A DNA stretch of 64,000 nucleotides. Origin: Heterodontus francisci. Lineage: Eukaryota. Shown here in pieces: positions 38,243 to 51,165 of the stretch. The notes beneath the pieces are model-generated. The model was not told where the DNA came from. It saw only the letters and a list, made by a program, of their open reading frames with translations, and ran no database searches. Both the position numbers and the translations under genes were made by a program. The stretch is taken from positions 13,358,550-13,422,549 of the forward strand of contig NC_090404.1 of NCBI RefSeq assembly GCF_036365525.1, read 5' to 3'. How positions within the stretch are numbered: position 1 is the stretch's first letter; every line of letters starts with the position of its first letter.

Positions 38243-41200
38243 TGTTAGCGGGAATGAATCTAGAAGACTCACTCAACTCTCAGGACTGCTCCAATGTCAA
38301 ACAGTTTATTGAGTTACGCCAGCGGGGAGCAGGTCACTGGGCTGTCCAGATGCCTCTCCACCGAGCAAAGGAAAATCATCCATACTTATGCATTTTTCAA
38401 ACAGTTACTCAGCCCATCCTGGCTGGACATGATCCAATCATAACGGTTATTGATTACATACATTACACATATTACCAATTAGATTACTCAGTAGGCATCA
38501 TGTGGCTTCGTGATCAGCTCATAGCAAGCCCCCTGATCATCTTGTGATGTTTCCCAGACCCCATTATCAACTATCCTTGAGTCTTCACAATGAATCCTTC
38601 TACCTCTATCAAGCTTGCATTCCTGATTGCTTTGTGCAGTCTGCAGTTACACAAAGCAGCTGCCTTATACACTGATATGAGGGGCCCTGCTTGGTCAGGC
38701 TAATTGCCTGTGCTAAGCAGTACCATGCTCAAGGCTGCAAGCTAACTAACTTGTCCCACAATGCCTTGGGTAAATACCCCATTTTGTAACAATATGTGGC
38801 TACACTTTCATCTTATATATATATATATATATATGTATTTATTTAGCTGCATCGGCCACAATTTTTTCCCTCTACAATCCCCCCTTTCGGTAAAGGACGA
38901 CCCCTAGTCCTGTTAACCGACATACCTACTTTATTATCCCCGTTTTACCCCTGTCCGGTATTTCCTGCCTCTACGTGCTGGCCAGTCACGTGATTTCAGG
39001 AATCCCGGTCACTTAAATCAAATCAATATGACCCACATTATCGTATCCCTTTGAGGTTAACCTCCTGTGTTGTTCCTTTACCAAAGCCTTTGCTTTCTTT
39101 CGCTTAGTATATTGTCCGCATGATCTACAAGCCAATATTACCCCGGTGGGAGCCAGTACCAATTGCACTCCCACCAACACGTGTGATATTATCCTGATCC
39201 AAGGGTGAATATTGACGTTCATCCCCCAATACCAAACTCTTCCCCGCCAGCTTGTACTTTGAAGTCCCTGTTCAGTATTTTCCTTGAGAACCTTTAACTT
39301 TCTTTTTAACTGATGGTAAAGCTTCACTGAGTGACCTACTTTGTCCCGTAATCCGCTCAATTTCTCATCTAGGTGTGGGATTGGGGCTTGCTCTGACTCT
39401 TTATAATGCTGGAGGTGATCGTGGAGCTGATCAGTTGCATTAACGGTTTCCAGTCCCCGCTGTTGGATATAAACTATCCAGGCTAGTCCTATAGTGACTG
39501 GTTGTTGAGGGGTAAAACAGAAGTCTGGGTATGGTATGGGGCAGCGTCAACTTCCATAGCAGTATGATGTTTCGATGGTGGAAACGCAGTACTTTCCATT
39601 TCCCTGGTACCCCGACCTTGCAAAATCTCTGTCAGATAATATCAGAGGGAGGTATTGGCCTGTCGATCCAATCTGGTACCTCCCCCCTTTGGAACTGATC
39701 GAGGTTGTGTCTCATTTGTTCCACCATCCACAGCCCATAAGTGTGGCACAATTGCCCCTGCCGGGTACGGCATCCAAAGTGATTAATAGTCTTGGCATGG
39801 GCCTCCAGCACTGCTATTCCATCTAATTGTATTTCCATTGTTCTCTGCCCCAGACCTGTTTGATTGGGCCCCCTCAGCTTGAATTATGAGCTCCCTTATA
39901 ACCCTCCAGAGTCGTTCCGCATTCTCGTTTACCGCTTGTGTATGTAAAGAATTGATTAAAGAAGTCCCAATATTGATCTCTGTTACTTCATCATTTAATA
40001 CTTTTTCCTCTTGTATCTATGAAATGGGTTACGCCCCCTTATCCTTGTGGCCCCTGTGGCGTCAGCAGCTTGTCACAATATTACAGTGGCTAACATACTA
40101 TACATATTCTTAGCCTGTTCTGAACAATACTCTGGCATCCGGATACCTGAGACATTGATCAACACAGGCACAATTTCATGTTTTACATTATCATACGCTT
40201 CCCCTGGGCTCGATGTACCCACACACATCCATGTTCCTTTCAACTTTCCTTATCATTTGTTGCCCAATTGGAGGGGCACAAACAATTCAAAAGACACAGC
40301 TCTCAGTTACCCATTCCCCTTTCTGTCTGGTCACGCAGTTAGCACGGTCATCTGTGGAGCACCGTACACATACTGCATCTTTGCCCGGATTCACCATAAG
40401 CCATGCATTCAAGTAGGTTCAGTCCCTATTTTGATCTTTACTCGCCCTTATACACTTCCCATCCAACATGTTGTGCAATGCCCCATAGTTCATATAGTCC
40501 ATATTACTACTCCTTTCATTGATCTGTTGTGCATCCATTACCGGCTCTTTGTTCTTTCTCTCCGGATATTAGCACCAGGCCCCACAGCCACTGCAGTCCG
40601 GATCCTTCCCATTCTCCACTAGTGGTTATATCTGTAATTTAAACACACTGCCCTGGTGGTCACCAGGTGTCCATGTTGTGAGTATCCCCTGATGAGGGAT
40701 ACATGTCTACCTGTGGGGACCGAACATGTCCTGGGGAATCCAGGAGTTAATTTATATTCTTATCATCTCTACTCTTTCGAAATTATCTATATGGTCCCGA
40801 CGTGCTCGGGCTACACTCTCCACAATCCTTGCCCAGTTAGTAGCCCATCTAATAATAATCCAAATGCCTATCAATACTACCATTATTCCCAGCCCCCCGA
40901 GTAGTCCATTCTCAAGTGTATTCTTCCATTCCCGGTATCTCTTTGTGTACCAGGTGGTCTTTATTTCGGAGTCTATCATTTGCTGTTGTCTTTATAAACC
41001 TTCAGTTGGGACCAATGTTTCCATCGGCCCTTCCCTTTACCATTATTTTGTCTCCCACAACAGGCACATTTGTCTGTTCCTCTTTCATGTTTCTATAGAA
41101 CCTTCTGCCTCACCTTGTGCAGTTGTCTGCACAACTCCTTCAAAAATCTTTTAACCCTTTCTTTTGCGGGTCCTATTTCCTCACTACCTGCTACGACATC

Positions 41201-41913
41201 CCCTGGCAACCTCATTGCCCTTCCTGTCATTATTAAGGTGTTTAATTTATCCTGATTATTATAAAGTCATGTTCTCTATGTGAGTTGTTTCACTGCACTG
41301 GCTGCATTAACCATTTCATGCCATGCTGTTTCTCAAGTCAGTAAACATGTTTGAGACCCGTTCGTCAGGTGATCTTATCAGAAGATAGAAAATGGCCAGA
41401 CTTTCAAATGTAGCTCTCTTAAAAATTCATATCTCCAAGAGAAAACTATCAATTGCCAGTCTTATCTACACTTTCCTGACTTTCACTGGAAAATTCTAGA
41501 CTTCTTGGAAATTTCACACTATATTAATTTAGCTGTTTGAATTCTAATTTCACCATTTGTTTATCCCCAGAATTCCTTTATTAGCTCTTGCATCAGCCAG
41601 ATCTGATTGCCAATTCCTATTAATTATAATTCTATTTCATTTTGAGCCCTGGAGAACCTTTACAATCAATATTCGTAATTCCTTAAAACAGAAACCAAAC
41701 ATTTCCATTTGATTCCTGACATTACTATATATTGTTTTTTTTTTTACCTTAGATGACATTTTAGTTCCTTAAATAACTTGCCAAATTAAACCTGGATTTT
41801 CGACATCTCAGATTGTTCCAAATTCAAATAACAGTAAATTTCCCTGCGAATGCTTTAAATAACCACTCACATCAATTTAATTTTGTTTATCGATTCCAAT
41901 TTTTCCCTCTACA
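38243..41913 (-). mobile_element. Internally deleted LTR retroelement/ERV: stub of the 5' LTR, decayed env-like gene, PPT and complete 3' LTR (38243-38876)
   Basis: LTR bounded TG..CA with AATAAA on the minus strand (38305-38310); PPT aaagggggga at 38878-38887; the LTR terminus ttttccctctaca recurs at 41901-41913; 4-bp TSD gtgg (38239-38242 / 41914-41917); env fragments with heptad and TM segments (ORFs 39013..39360, 39632..39838). Confidence 0.8.
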
Positions 41914-42329
41914 GTGGTTATTCTCAACTCAAAGCACACAAGCTGAAGAATCCGCCTCCAGGATCACCTCTGCAATGCTTGAATGTTTCCATTGTTACTT
42001 TGTGGCTGGAATTAAATTCTGTGCTCACGGTGTGTTCTGACCAGAGCTGTGTATGTTTCCACCAGGTCTGCCTGTGACTTGTGTCTTTGTTAGTTCGATG
42101 TTAAACATCGGATTGGTTTTGTTCACTTCCTCACTGCATTCCCTGACCACGTGGGACCTAATTTCAATCTCTTTATCATCGCTCTCTCTGTCTCTGAGTA
42201 TCTCTCGCTCTCTGTCTCTCACTGCCATCTTCCATAGTGTAGAAAATCCAATTTCTCCCGGTCTCTCGGTTCAATGAGTTTCTCATATGAAGTACTCCAT
42301 TAATAATGGCAGTCATTATGGATGTTACC

Positions 42330-42780
42330 TGGGCTGGAGCATTTCAGCTATGAAGAGAGACTGAAAAGGCTGGGGTTGTTTTCCTTAGAGCAGAGGAGGC
42401 TGAGGGGGGACATGATTGAGGTATACAAAATTATGAGGGGCGTTGATAGGTGAGAAAGGAAAAAACTTTTTCCCTTAGCGGAGGGTTCAATACCCAGGGG
42501 GCATAGATTTAAGGGAAGGGGCAGGAGGTTTAGAAGGGATTTGGGGGAAACTGTTGTCACTCAGAGTGTGGTTGGAATCTGGAACGCACTGCCTGAAGAG
42601 GTGGTAGAGGCAGGAACCCTCACAACATTTAAGAAGTATTTAGATGAGCACTTGAAACGTCATAGCATACAAGGCTATAGGCCAAGTGCTGGAAAATGGG
42701 ATTAGAATAGTTAGGTGCATAATGGCTAGCACAGACACAATGGGCCAAAGGGCCTGTTTCTGTGCTGTATAACTGTATGA
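42330..42780 (+). mobile_element. CR1 3' fragment
   Basis: [29 protein letters not shown]; 3' tail. Confidence 0.85.
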
Positions 42781-43732
42781 CTCGTAAAGATAATAACCAC
42801 AGCACAGAGACAAATTTAAAGTAGTTGCATTAAATTCTCACATTATATAGGATAGGCGTGAACCATGAGTCACGTTTACATCCGCTGTATGTGGCACGGT
42901 GATTAATGTTCTCTGTGGTTTCATCTTTAAAGCAAACAATATTACACTGTTATGCCTGGATATTAAAAATAAAGAAAGGCAATCATCAGGATTTAAGACA
43001 GCATTAACGCCACGTATATGTTGAACTGCATTAAATTGTATTAACATATTAATGATAAGAACATGGATAATGCGACATAATCATGCAACATCCTCCTGTA
43101 ATTTGAGAATCCGGGGATTTCCCAGGCTGAGGGCCATTTACTTCACCTCGCCACCAGAGGGCGTACTCTCATAGCGCGTTTGCGTGTTCATTGCAGTAGA
43201 TCACAAGGCACTGGGGAATGAGCAAGGGCGTTCCTTCCCACCTTTGAGTGACTTCGGTAAGACCAGCATTTATTGCTCATCCCTAATTACCCTGCGACAG
43301 GTGGTGGTGAATCGCCTTCTTGAACCGCTGCAGTCCATGTGGTGTAGGTGCACCCACAGTGCTATGAGAGAGGGAGTGTCTGCATCAGTTCACAGAGCGT
43401 GTTACAGTTCCGATTCAAGAAATGACAAATATAGCCACCAGAGGGCGCAATAGTGAGACTAACTCGTCAGTATTGGATTGTTCCCGCGCCCTCAAGTGAG
43501 TATGAGGTTGACCTTCAGAAAATAATACCATCAATTGCACATCAGAATCATCCGAAGTTAAATCGGTTTCCAGTAATATTCCCGATGCACCGAGAGCAGA
43601 AACCAGGAAAACACAACTAATGAAATTGCAACTTTCTTTTTTATATTTTAGACGAGTGTTTTGTGCAGAAAAGTGTTCACCGTTAAAGCATTTTGTTAAT
43701 TTCTCAATTCCCTGTCTCTTTTGCATCGACAG

Positions 43733-44021
43733 TTATCAGCGGAGAGGCTATGATCCACCAATCACAGCAGATGTTTATACAAGAGGGACAATTGATTGAA
43801 ATCCAGTGCAGTGCGACAACCAGCAACACCGAAAGTATCCACGGGTACAGAGAACGACAGAACCATGGCTCCAAATTCATCCCATCTGCTATCAACGGCA
43901 ACACCATTGACAGGCGGTTCAGACTTTTTATTGACTCAATAAGAAGTTATAACATTCTCGGTGTTGACAGCACCGCGATATCAGACACTGGAGTGTATTA
44001 CTGTGCAGTGAGACAAAAACT
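43733..44021 (+). pseudogene. TRAV/TRDV: TCR V pseudogene; RSS heptamer and spacer deleted
   Basis: ISGEAMIHQ..IEIQCS..SIHGYRE (Trp to Gly)..DTGVYYCAVR, followed immediately by the nonamer ACAAAAACT (44013-44021); no clear leader. Confidence 0.85.
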
Positions 44022-44581
44022 GAGCCCTCCAATATAATATCTGCTGCAGGTACCTATCAGACGATCTCCAGGTATCTACTTTTCCCTCCTGTGTTGATTC
44101 CTTTACGGGGTGGAGTTCCACAGGCTCCATCCATCCTTTAAGGAAAGGGTTGTTCAGACTTTCCTGAATGTGTTGATTCCTTTATAAGGCACAGTTCCAC
44201 AGGCTCCATTCATTCGGGAAGGAAAGGATTTTCCTGGATTCGAACCCAGCGCCAGGTCTGTCCCTTTAGAGTGTCACTATCACAAAGTGATGGGATTCCC
44301 CTCAATTCCCTTCACAGGAGAAGAATAAACTGATCATGAGACAACCGACATGTGCAGATGTGAACCACCGGCGCAGGGAGCAGCGGATCCACAAACATCC
44401 TCCTTACATCAGGTGAACAGTATCCAGTTCCAGCCAATAGAAGAGCAGCACACCCACGTGACTGAGACCTTAATTGGGCGTTGCAGCCTTTAATATGCCG
44501 ACTGTTCAATGTGTTCACTCAGTTCGTGTTATTCTGGTGTGAACTCTGTGCCATTTTCTTATTGACATTTTAATTGTGAGG

Positions 44582-45015
44582 ATGTATTACTCGGTTCCAG
44601 TGAATCTATTGCCTGTGATTCTGTCTCTGCTAACATGTAGGTACAGGATCTGAACTGAATAATCCACTGTGTTTTTTTTTTATTCACGTTGCTTCGGAAT
44701 TTCATGATCTGAGTGTTGTTTTCAGGTCGATGTCTCTCGGACCGAGTGTTCCAGTCTCCAACTGCAAGAACAGTCCAGAGTGGGGATTCGGTGACGATAA
44801 ACTGCAGCTATGACATGTCCAGCATTTACGCCATGCATTGGTACAAACAGAAATCCGGTCACGGACTGGACTGGGTAATAAAGCGACTATCGAGTGGAAA
44901 AGAGAAAAAGGATCGATTTGAACTGGATCTTTCCACTGCGGACAAACGCGGCCAATTTGTCATTGAAAGCACGGAGAGCGCGGATACGGCGGTGTATTAC
45001 TGTGCGATAGAGCCG
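44582..45015 (+). CDS. TRAV/TRDV: TCR alpha/delta V segment, apparently functional
   Basis: Leader 44582-44636 MYYSVPVNLLPVILSLLT; V exon 44726-45015 ..DRVFQSPTARTVQSGDSVTINCSY..AMHWYKQ..DTAVYYCAIEP. Confidence 0.93.
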
Positions 45016-45054
45016 CACACTGAGAGGAAACGCGGCATTCACTGTACAAAAACC
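45016..45054 (+). other. 23-RSS (CACACTG-23-ACAAAAACC)
   Basis: Consensus nonamer, exact 23-nt spacer. Confidence 0.95.
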
Positions 45055-46670
45055 TCCCGCCTGTTTACAGTTCCGGGACGGCGGCAGCAATCGCTCCAGT
45101 AACACAGGGCATGCAAGGCGGGTCAGGGTGAGAGCAGCAAACGGAGACTGTGAGCGGGGCTGCCTCAGGCAGTGTTACTGCAGGATCTGTCTCTGTAATT
45201 CCCATTGGATAGCGGGTTTGAGCAGAGATACTGACGGTCACAGCATTAGTATCGGACTGAGCAACCAGTCACTCAGTGAGTGCAGTGTATGGCGTGAGAA
45301 ATACTTCAATATTGTTTAACTGTGGGATTATATTCAGCGTTGCCGAATCGGTTACTTCACTGAATGTTTATTTTGTGCTTCCCTGTGACGTCTCTTCGAG
45401 AGTATTAACATAAATCTCCTGTAACACCCGTGTTTACACTGAAGTGTCCACACTGTGGCCTAATAATAAATGCTTTCTCAATGAATGCCTTTGTGATGAC
45501 GCTAAAGCAACTTTACGGGTCGATATCCACACAGACAGCACAGATGATCCCCTTGTGTATCCCCAGCAGAAGGTTCATCAAACCCGAGCCCTCACGCTCC
45601 CGCTCCCCACCAACATTTCAGTCCGATCAGTGACAGTAAGTACAATGAAAAAAAAACATTTTCATCCATATTCAAACCGATATTTTGTCACTGTGAGATA
45701 ATGCCTTAACGTCATTTACCGATTCAGTTGGGCATTTCTCGGAGGGAAATATCAGCTCTTTCCACAAATATCTGCTGAAACCTGTCCGAATAATGCCTGT
45801 GTGAAACTAACAGGAGACCTCACCCTACTGTGTTCAAATTAATCACATGGAGAGGAAAGTGATGGTTAATGATACTGCAGGAACTCCTCACTCGGGTTGC
45901 AGTCCTGTCTCTGTGACTCTGTCTTCCATTGCACATTTTAATATACAATTGTTTTTTTCGAACGGTAGCTTTACACCCGCAGTTGCTTTAAGATATTCGG
46001 TATCTGTAAAAAAGAAATTCTACGTGTGGTAGGAAGGGATTTTGACGATGAATCGTAGACAGAACAAGGGGCAGGACGACGGTGGAAGCATTTTACTGAA
46101 ACTCACAAACATAAACACCGTATAAATAAGTTTCAAATGTCAAAATGGTTTCCCACAAATCAGGCAGAACACGGGACGTACGGTCCGACACCTTTGTGTG
46201 GCCTACGGTCGGCCATGTTTCAGTGAAGGCACACAGTGCTCATGTTTGTAGTTTATTGAAAATAACAACTCGATTGAAAGGAAACCTACTTCGATTTCCA
46301 TCAAACCTGCTGTCCCATCTTCATCTATAAAAGTGAAGGAATATAAAAAACTGTGGTTGAAGCAGTTGTGGATGAGCGCATGTGCCGTCCGGTCTCCCAG
46401 AGTGCAGCGCGACACTTGACACAGATAGGGGCCGTTCACAGCAGCTGTGAATTATGGGAGCTGCAGCCCTCCATGGCCCAGTCATTACCTGAGTGAATCC
46501 AAACCCAACCACCTTCCAGCCGGGTACTGCCCGGGTTGTTGTCCCGGACAGACTTAAAAATGAGGTGTTAACCTGGTGAATTTACAACAAAGAACTACAT
46601 TCACGCTAAAGAGTGAAAGCGGCATGCGAGAGAAAGAGTTAAGTGATCCCACAACCAATGGATCAGATCA

Positions 46671-49600
46671 TAGAAACAAAGAAAATAAGAGCAGGAATAG
46701 GCCATTCGGCCCCTCGGGCCTGCTCCGCCATTTATAAAAGATCATGGCTGATCGTCTAATTTAGTATCCTGTACCCACTGTCTCCCCATATCCCTTGATC
46801 CCTTTGGCATTAAGAAATATTCATTAAGAAACATCCTTCTTGAATATATTTAATGATTTGGCCTCCACTGCCTTCTGCGGTAGAGAATTCCATAGGTTCA
46901 CCACCCTCTGAGTGACGAAATTTCTCCTCATCTTGATTCTAAATGGCATACCCCATATCCTGAGACTGTGACCCCCGATTCTGGACTCCCCAGCCATCGG
47001 GAACATCCTCTATGCATCTAGCGTGTCTAGTCCGGTTAGAATTTTATAGATTTCTATGAGGTCTCCTGTCATTCTTCTAAGCTCTAGTCAATATAGACCT
47101 AGTCGACCCAATCTCTCCTCATACGTCAATCCTGCCATCCCAGGAATCAGCCTAGTAAATCTTCTTTGCACTCCCTCCGTGGCGAGAACATCCTCCCACA
47201 GATAAGGAGTCCAAAACTGAACACAATACTCCAGATGCGGTCTCACCAAGGCCCTGTATAACTGCAGTAAGACATCCTTGCTCCTGTACTCAAATCCTCT
47301 TGCAATGAAGGCCAACATACCATTCGCCTTCCTAATTGCTTGCTGCACCTGAATGCTTGCTTTCAGCGACTGGTGTACAAGGACACCCATGTCACGCTGC
47401 ACCTCCCCCTTTCCTAATCTATCACCATTCAGATCATAATCCGCCTTTCTGTTTCTACAACCAAAGTGGATAACCTCACATTTATCCACGTTATACTGCA
47501 TCTGCCATACATTTTCCACTCACCCAACTGTACAAATCACTTTGGAACCTCTTTGCATCCTCCTCATAACTCACTCGCCACCCTCCCCCCCACCCCCACC
47601 CCCCACCCCCAGCTTTGTGTCGTCTGCAAACTTGGAAATGTTACATTTAGTTCCTTAACTCAAGTCATTAATATATATTGTGAGTAGCTGGTGCCCAAGC
47701 ACTGATCCCTGTGGTACCCCACTAGTCGCTGCTTGCCACTCGGAAAAAGACTTGTTTATTTCTACTCTCTGTTTCCTGTCTGTCAACCAGTTCTCAATCC
47801 ATGCCAGTATATTACCCCCAATCCCATGAGCTTTAATTTTGCACACTAACCTCTTATGTGGGACCTTATCAAAAGCTTTCTGAAAATCCAAATACACCAC
47901 ATCCACTGGTTCTCACTTATCTATTCTACTAGTTACATCCTCAAAAAACTCCAGTAGATTTGTTAATCATGATTTCCCTTTCGTAAAGCCATGCTGACTT
48001 TGTCCAATCCCGTTTATGCTTTCCAGGTGTTCTGCTATCACATCCTTTATAATAGACTCTAGCATTTTCCCCACTACTGATGTAAGGCTCACTGGTCTGT
48101 AGTTCCCTGTTTTCTCTCTCCCTCCTTTTTTAAATAGTGAGGTTACATTTGCCACCCACCAATCTGTAGGAGCTGCTCCAGAGTCCATAGAATTTTGGAA
48201 GATGACCACCAATGCATCCACCATTTCCAGGGACACATCCTTTCGTACTCTGGGATGTAGATTATCAGGCCTTGGGGATTTGTCAGCCTTTAACCCCATT
48301 AATTTCCCTAGCACCATTTTTTTTTACTAATACTGATTTCCTTCAGATCCTCCCTCTCGTTAGACCCTTGGTTCCCTAACATTTCTGGGAGGTTATTTGT
48401 GTCCTCCTTTGTGAAGACAGAACCAAAGGATGTGTTTAGTTCTTCTGCCATTTCTTTGTTCCCCATTATAGTTTCCACCGTTTCTGATTGTAAGTGACCT
48501 ATATTTGTCTTCACTAATCGTTTTAGCTTCACATATTTATAGAAGCTTTTACAGTTAGTTTTTATGTTCCCAGCAAGTTTACTCTCATACTCTATTTCCC
48601 CCTGCTTAATCGACCTCTTTCCCCTCCTTTGCTGAATTCTAAACTGCTCCCAATCCTCAGACTTGCTGCTTTATCTGGCATTTTTATATGTCTCATCTTT
48701 GGATCTAATATTATCCCTAATTTCTTTTGTAAGCCACGGTTGAGTCACCTTTCCAGTTTTATTTTTGCGCCAAACAGGAATGAATAATTATTGTAATTCA
48801 TACACACGCTCTTTAAATATTATCCATTGCCTATCCACCGTCAACCCTTTCAGTAAAGTTCCCCAATCTACCATAGCCAACTCGCGCCTCATACCTTCCT
48901 AGTTTCCTTTATTTAGATTCAGGACCCTAGTTTCGGTTTCAACTACTTCACTGTCCATCGTAATGAAGAATTCTATCATGTTATGGTCGCTCCTCCCCAA
49001 GGGACCCCACACAACAACATTGCTAATTATTCCATTCTCATTGCACAATACCCAGTCTAGGATAACCTGTGCTCTAGTTGGTTCCTTAACATATTGGTCT
49101 AAAACAACGTCACGTACACACTCCAGGAAATCCTCTTCAACAGTATTATTGCTAATTTGGTTTGACCAATCTATATGTAGATTAAAATCACCCATGATTA
49201 CAGTTGTACCCTTATTGCATGCGTCTCTAATTTCTTGTTTAATGCCATCCTTTACATCTCCACTACTGTTTGGGGGCCTATAGAAAACACCCACCAACAT
49301 TTTCTGCCCCTTGGCGTTTCTTAGCTTCACCCATATTGATTCCACATCATGATTTTCCGAGCCAATATCCTTCCTCACTATTGCATTGATTTCCTCCTTT
49401 ACTAACAATGCTACCCCCGCCCCCTTTCCCTTTTTGTTTGTCCTTCCTAAATATTGAATACCCCTGGAAGTTCAGTTCCCATCCTTGGTCACCTTGCAGC
49501 CATGTCTCCGTAATCGCAACTATATCATAACTGTTTATATCTATTTGCGCAGTTAATTTATCTACCTTATTGTGAATGCTCCACGCATTAAGAGACAATA

Positions 49601-51165
49601 CCTTTAGTCTTGGCCTTTTAACATTGTTGGTCATCTTAGCTTTATTTTGCACTTCAGCCCCATTTGTTTCTCGGCCTTGTTTCCTCTGCCTTCCACTTTT
49701 GCTTCTTACCTTTCTGTCTTTCATTTCTATCCTTGTTTCCCTCTCTGCTGTCTTCCTGCTCAGATTCCCATCCCCCTAGTTTAAACCCTCCCTGACAGCA
49801 CTAGCAAACACCCCCCTCCTGAAGAAATTGGTCCCGGTCCTGCTCAAAAGTAACCCGTCCAGCTTGTACTAGTCCCACCTTCCCAAGAACCAGTTCCAAT
49901 GTCCCAGGAATCTGAATCCCTCCCCCCTACACCATTTCTCCAGCCACTTATACATCTGATATATCCTGCTATTTCTGCTGTCGCCAGCACTGGTAGTAAT
50001 CCTGAGATTACTATCTTTGAGATCCTACTTTTTAATTTTCGTCCTAACTCCCTATATTCAGCTTGTAGGACCTCATACCCCCTTTTTTGTTAACCTATGT
50101 CATTGGTACCGATATGTACCACAACAAGCGGCCACTCGCCCTCTCCCCTCAGAATGCCCTGCAGCTGCTCAGAGACATCCTTGACCCTAGCACCAGGGAG
50201 GCAACATACCATCCTGGAGTCTGTTTTGCTGCCTGGCTGTTCCCCTTACGATTGAATCCCCTATCACTATAGCCCTGCCACTCTTCTTCCTCCCCTCCTG
50301 TGCAGTAGAGCCAACCATGGTGCCATGAACCTGGCTCTTACTGTTTTCCCCTGAGCCATCTCTCCCAACAATATCAAAGGTGGAATATCTGTTAGAGAGG
50401 GAGATGGCCACGGGGAACTCCAGCACTACCTGCCTTCCTCTACTCTGCCTAGTGGTCACCCATTCCCTTTCTGCCTTTGCAGCATTTTCCTGCGGTGTGA
50501 ACACCTCACTAAACGTGCTATCCACAACAATCTCAGCATTGCGGATGTTCCACAGTGAATCCACCCGCAGCTCCAGCTCGGTAATGTAGGTAGCCAGTAG
50601 CTGCAGCTGGAGACACTTCCTGCACACGTGGTCGTCAGGGGCACTGGAAGCGTCCCTGGTTTCCCACATAGTGCAGGAGGAGCATATCATGGGTGTGAGC
50701 TCTTCTTGCATGACTTACATTTAGATTACTTAGATACTCCATTTAATTAAAAATACTAATTATGCTCGGGGCCTTGTTCTACTCCAAACATTATACATTT
50801 CAATCTAAAGTACTTAATGAGTTACACTAATAAAAAAAAAACACACTTCAGTAGTCCTAACCTTGTCACTTATATGGTAGGTTTTGAGGTGTTTTTTTTT
50901 AAAAGAACGTTCTCCTTATTTTTTAAAGCTATTTACAGGCACTAACAGCTGCTACGCCCCAACCAATCACCTTGCAGCTTTCCTGTGATGCCACTGTTGT
51001 CTTTTTAAACTTCTTTTTTCAAAACTCCAGCGAGCCTGGACTGCTCTCACACAGGTCCGCTCCTCCGCTCCGCTCCCGGAAGGTAAATGTTTAGGCCGCG
51101 ATCCTCGGGCTCTATTTATTGGCTCTTCTCTCGCTGTTCTCCCCTGAGGCCCGCTCCCCTCCCGG
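46671..51165 (-). mobile_element. Near full-length, degraded CR1 LINE (5' UTR, ORF1, ORF2 APE-RT)
   Basis: ORF1 CSSC..HVCRKC and IVIGDSIVRG; endonuclease AITETWL, GVFYRPPNS, MGDFN, SDHN; RT DFQKAFDKVPH, SGVPQGSVLG; multiple frameshifts. Confidence 0.95.

Noticed and set aside
41915-42070. FCA followed by CACGGTG
   Set aside because: No nonamer at 12 or 23 nt and no V framework upstream.
46380-46550. GPYLCQV and QQPGQYP fragments suggesting an Ig domain on the minus strand
   Set aside because: Too short and out of frame; overlaps the start of a LINE remnant.
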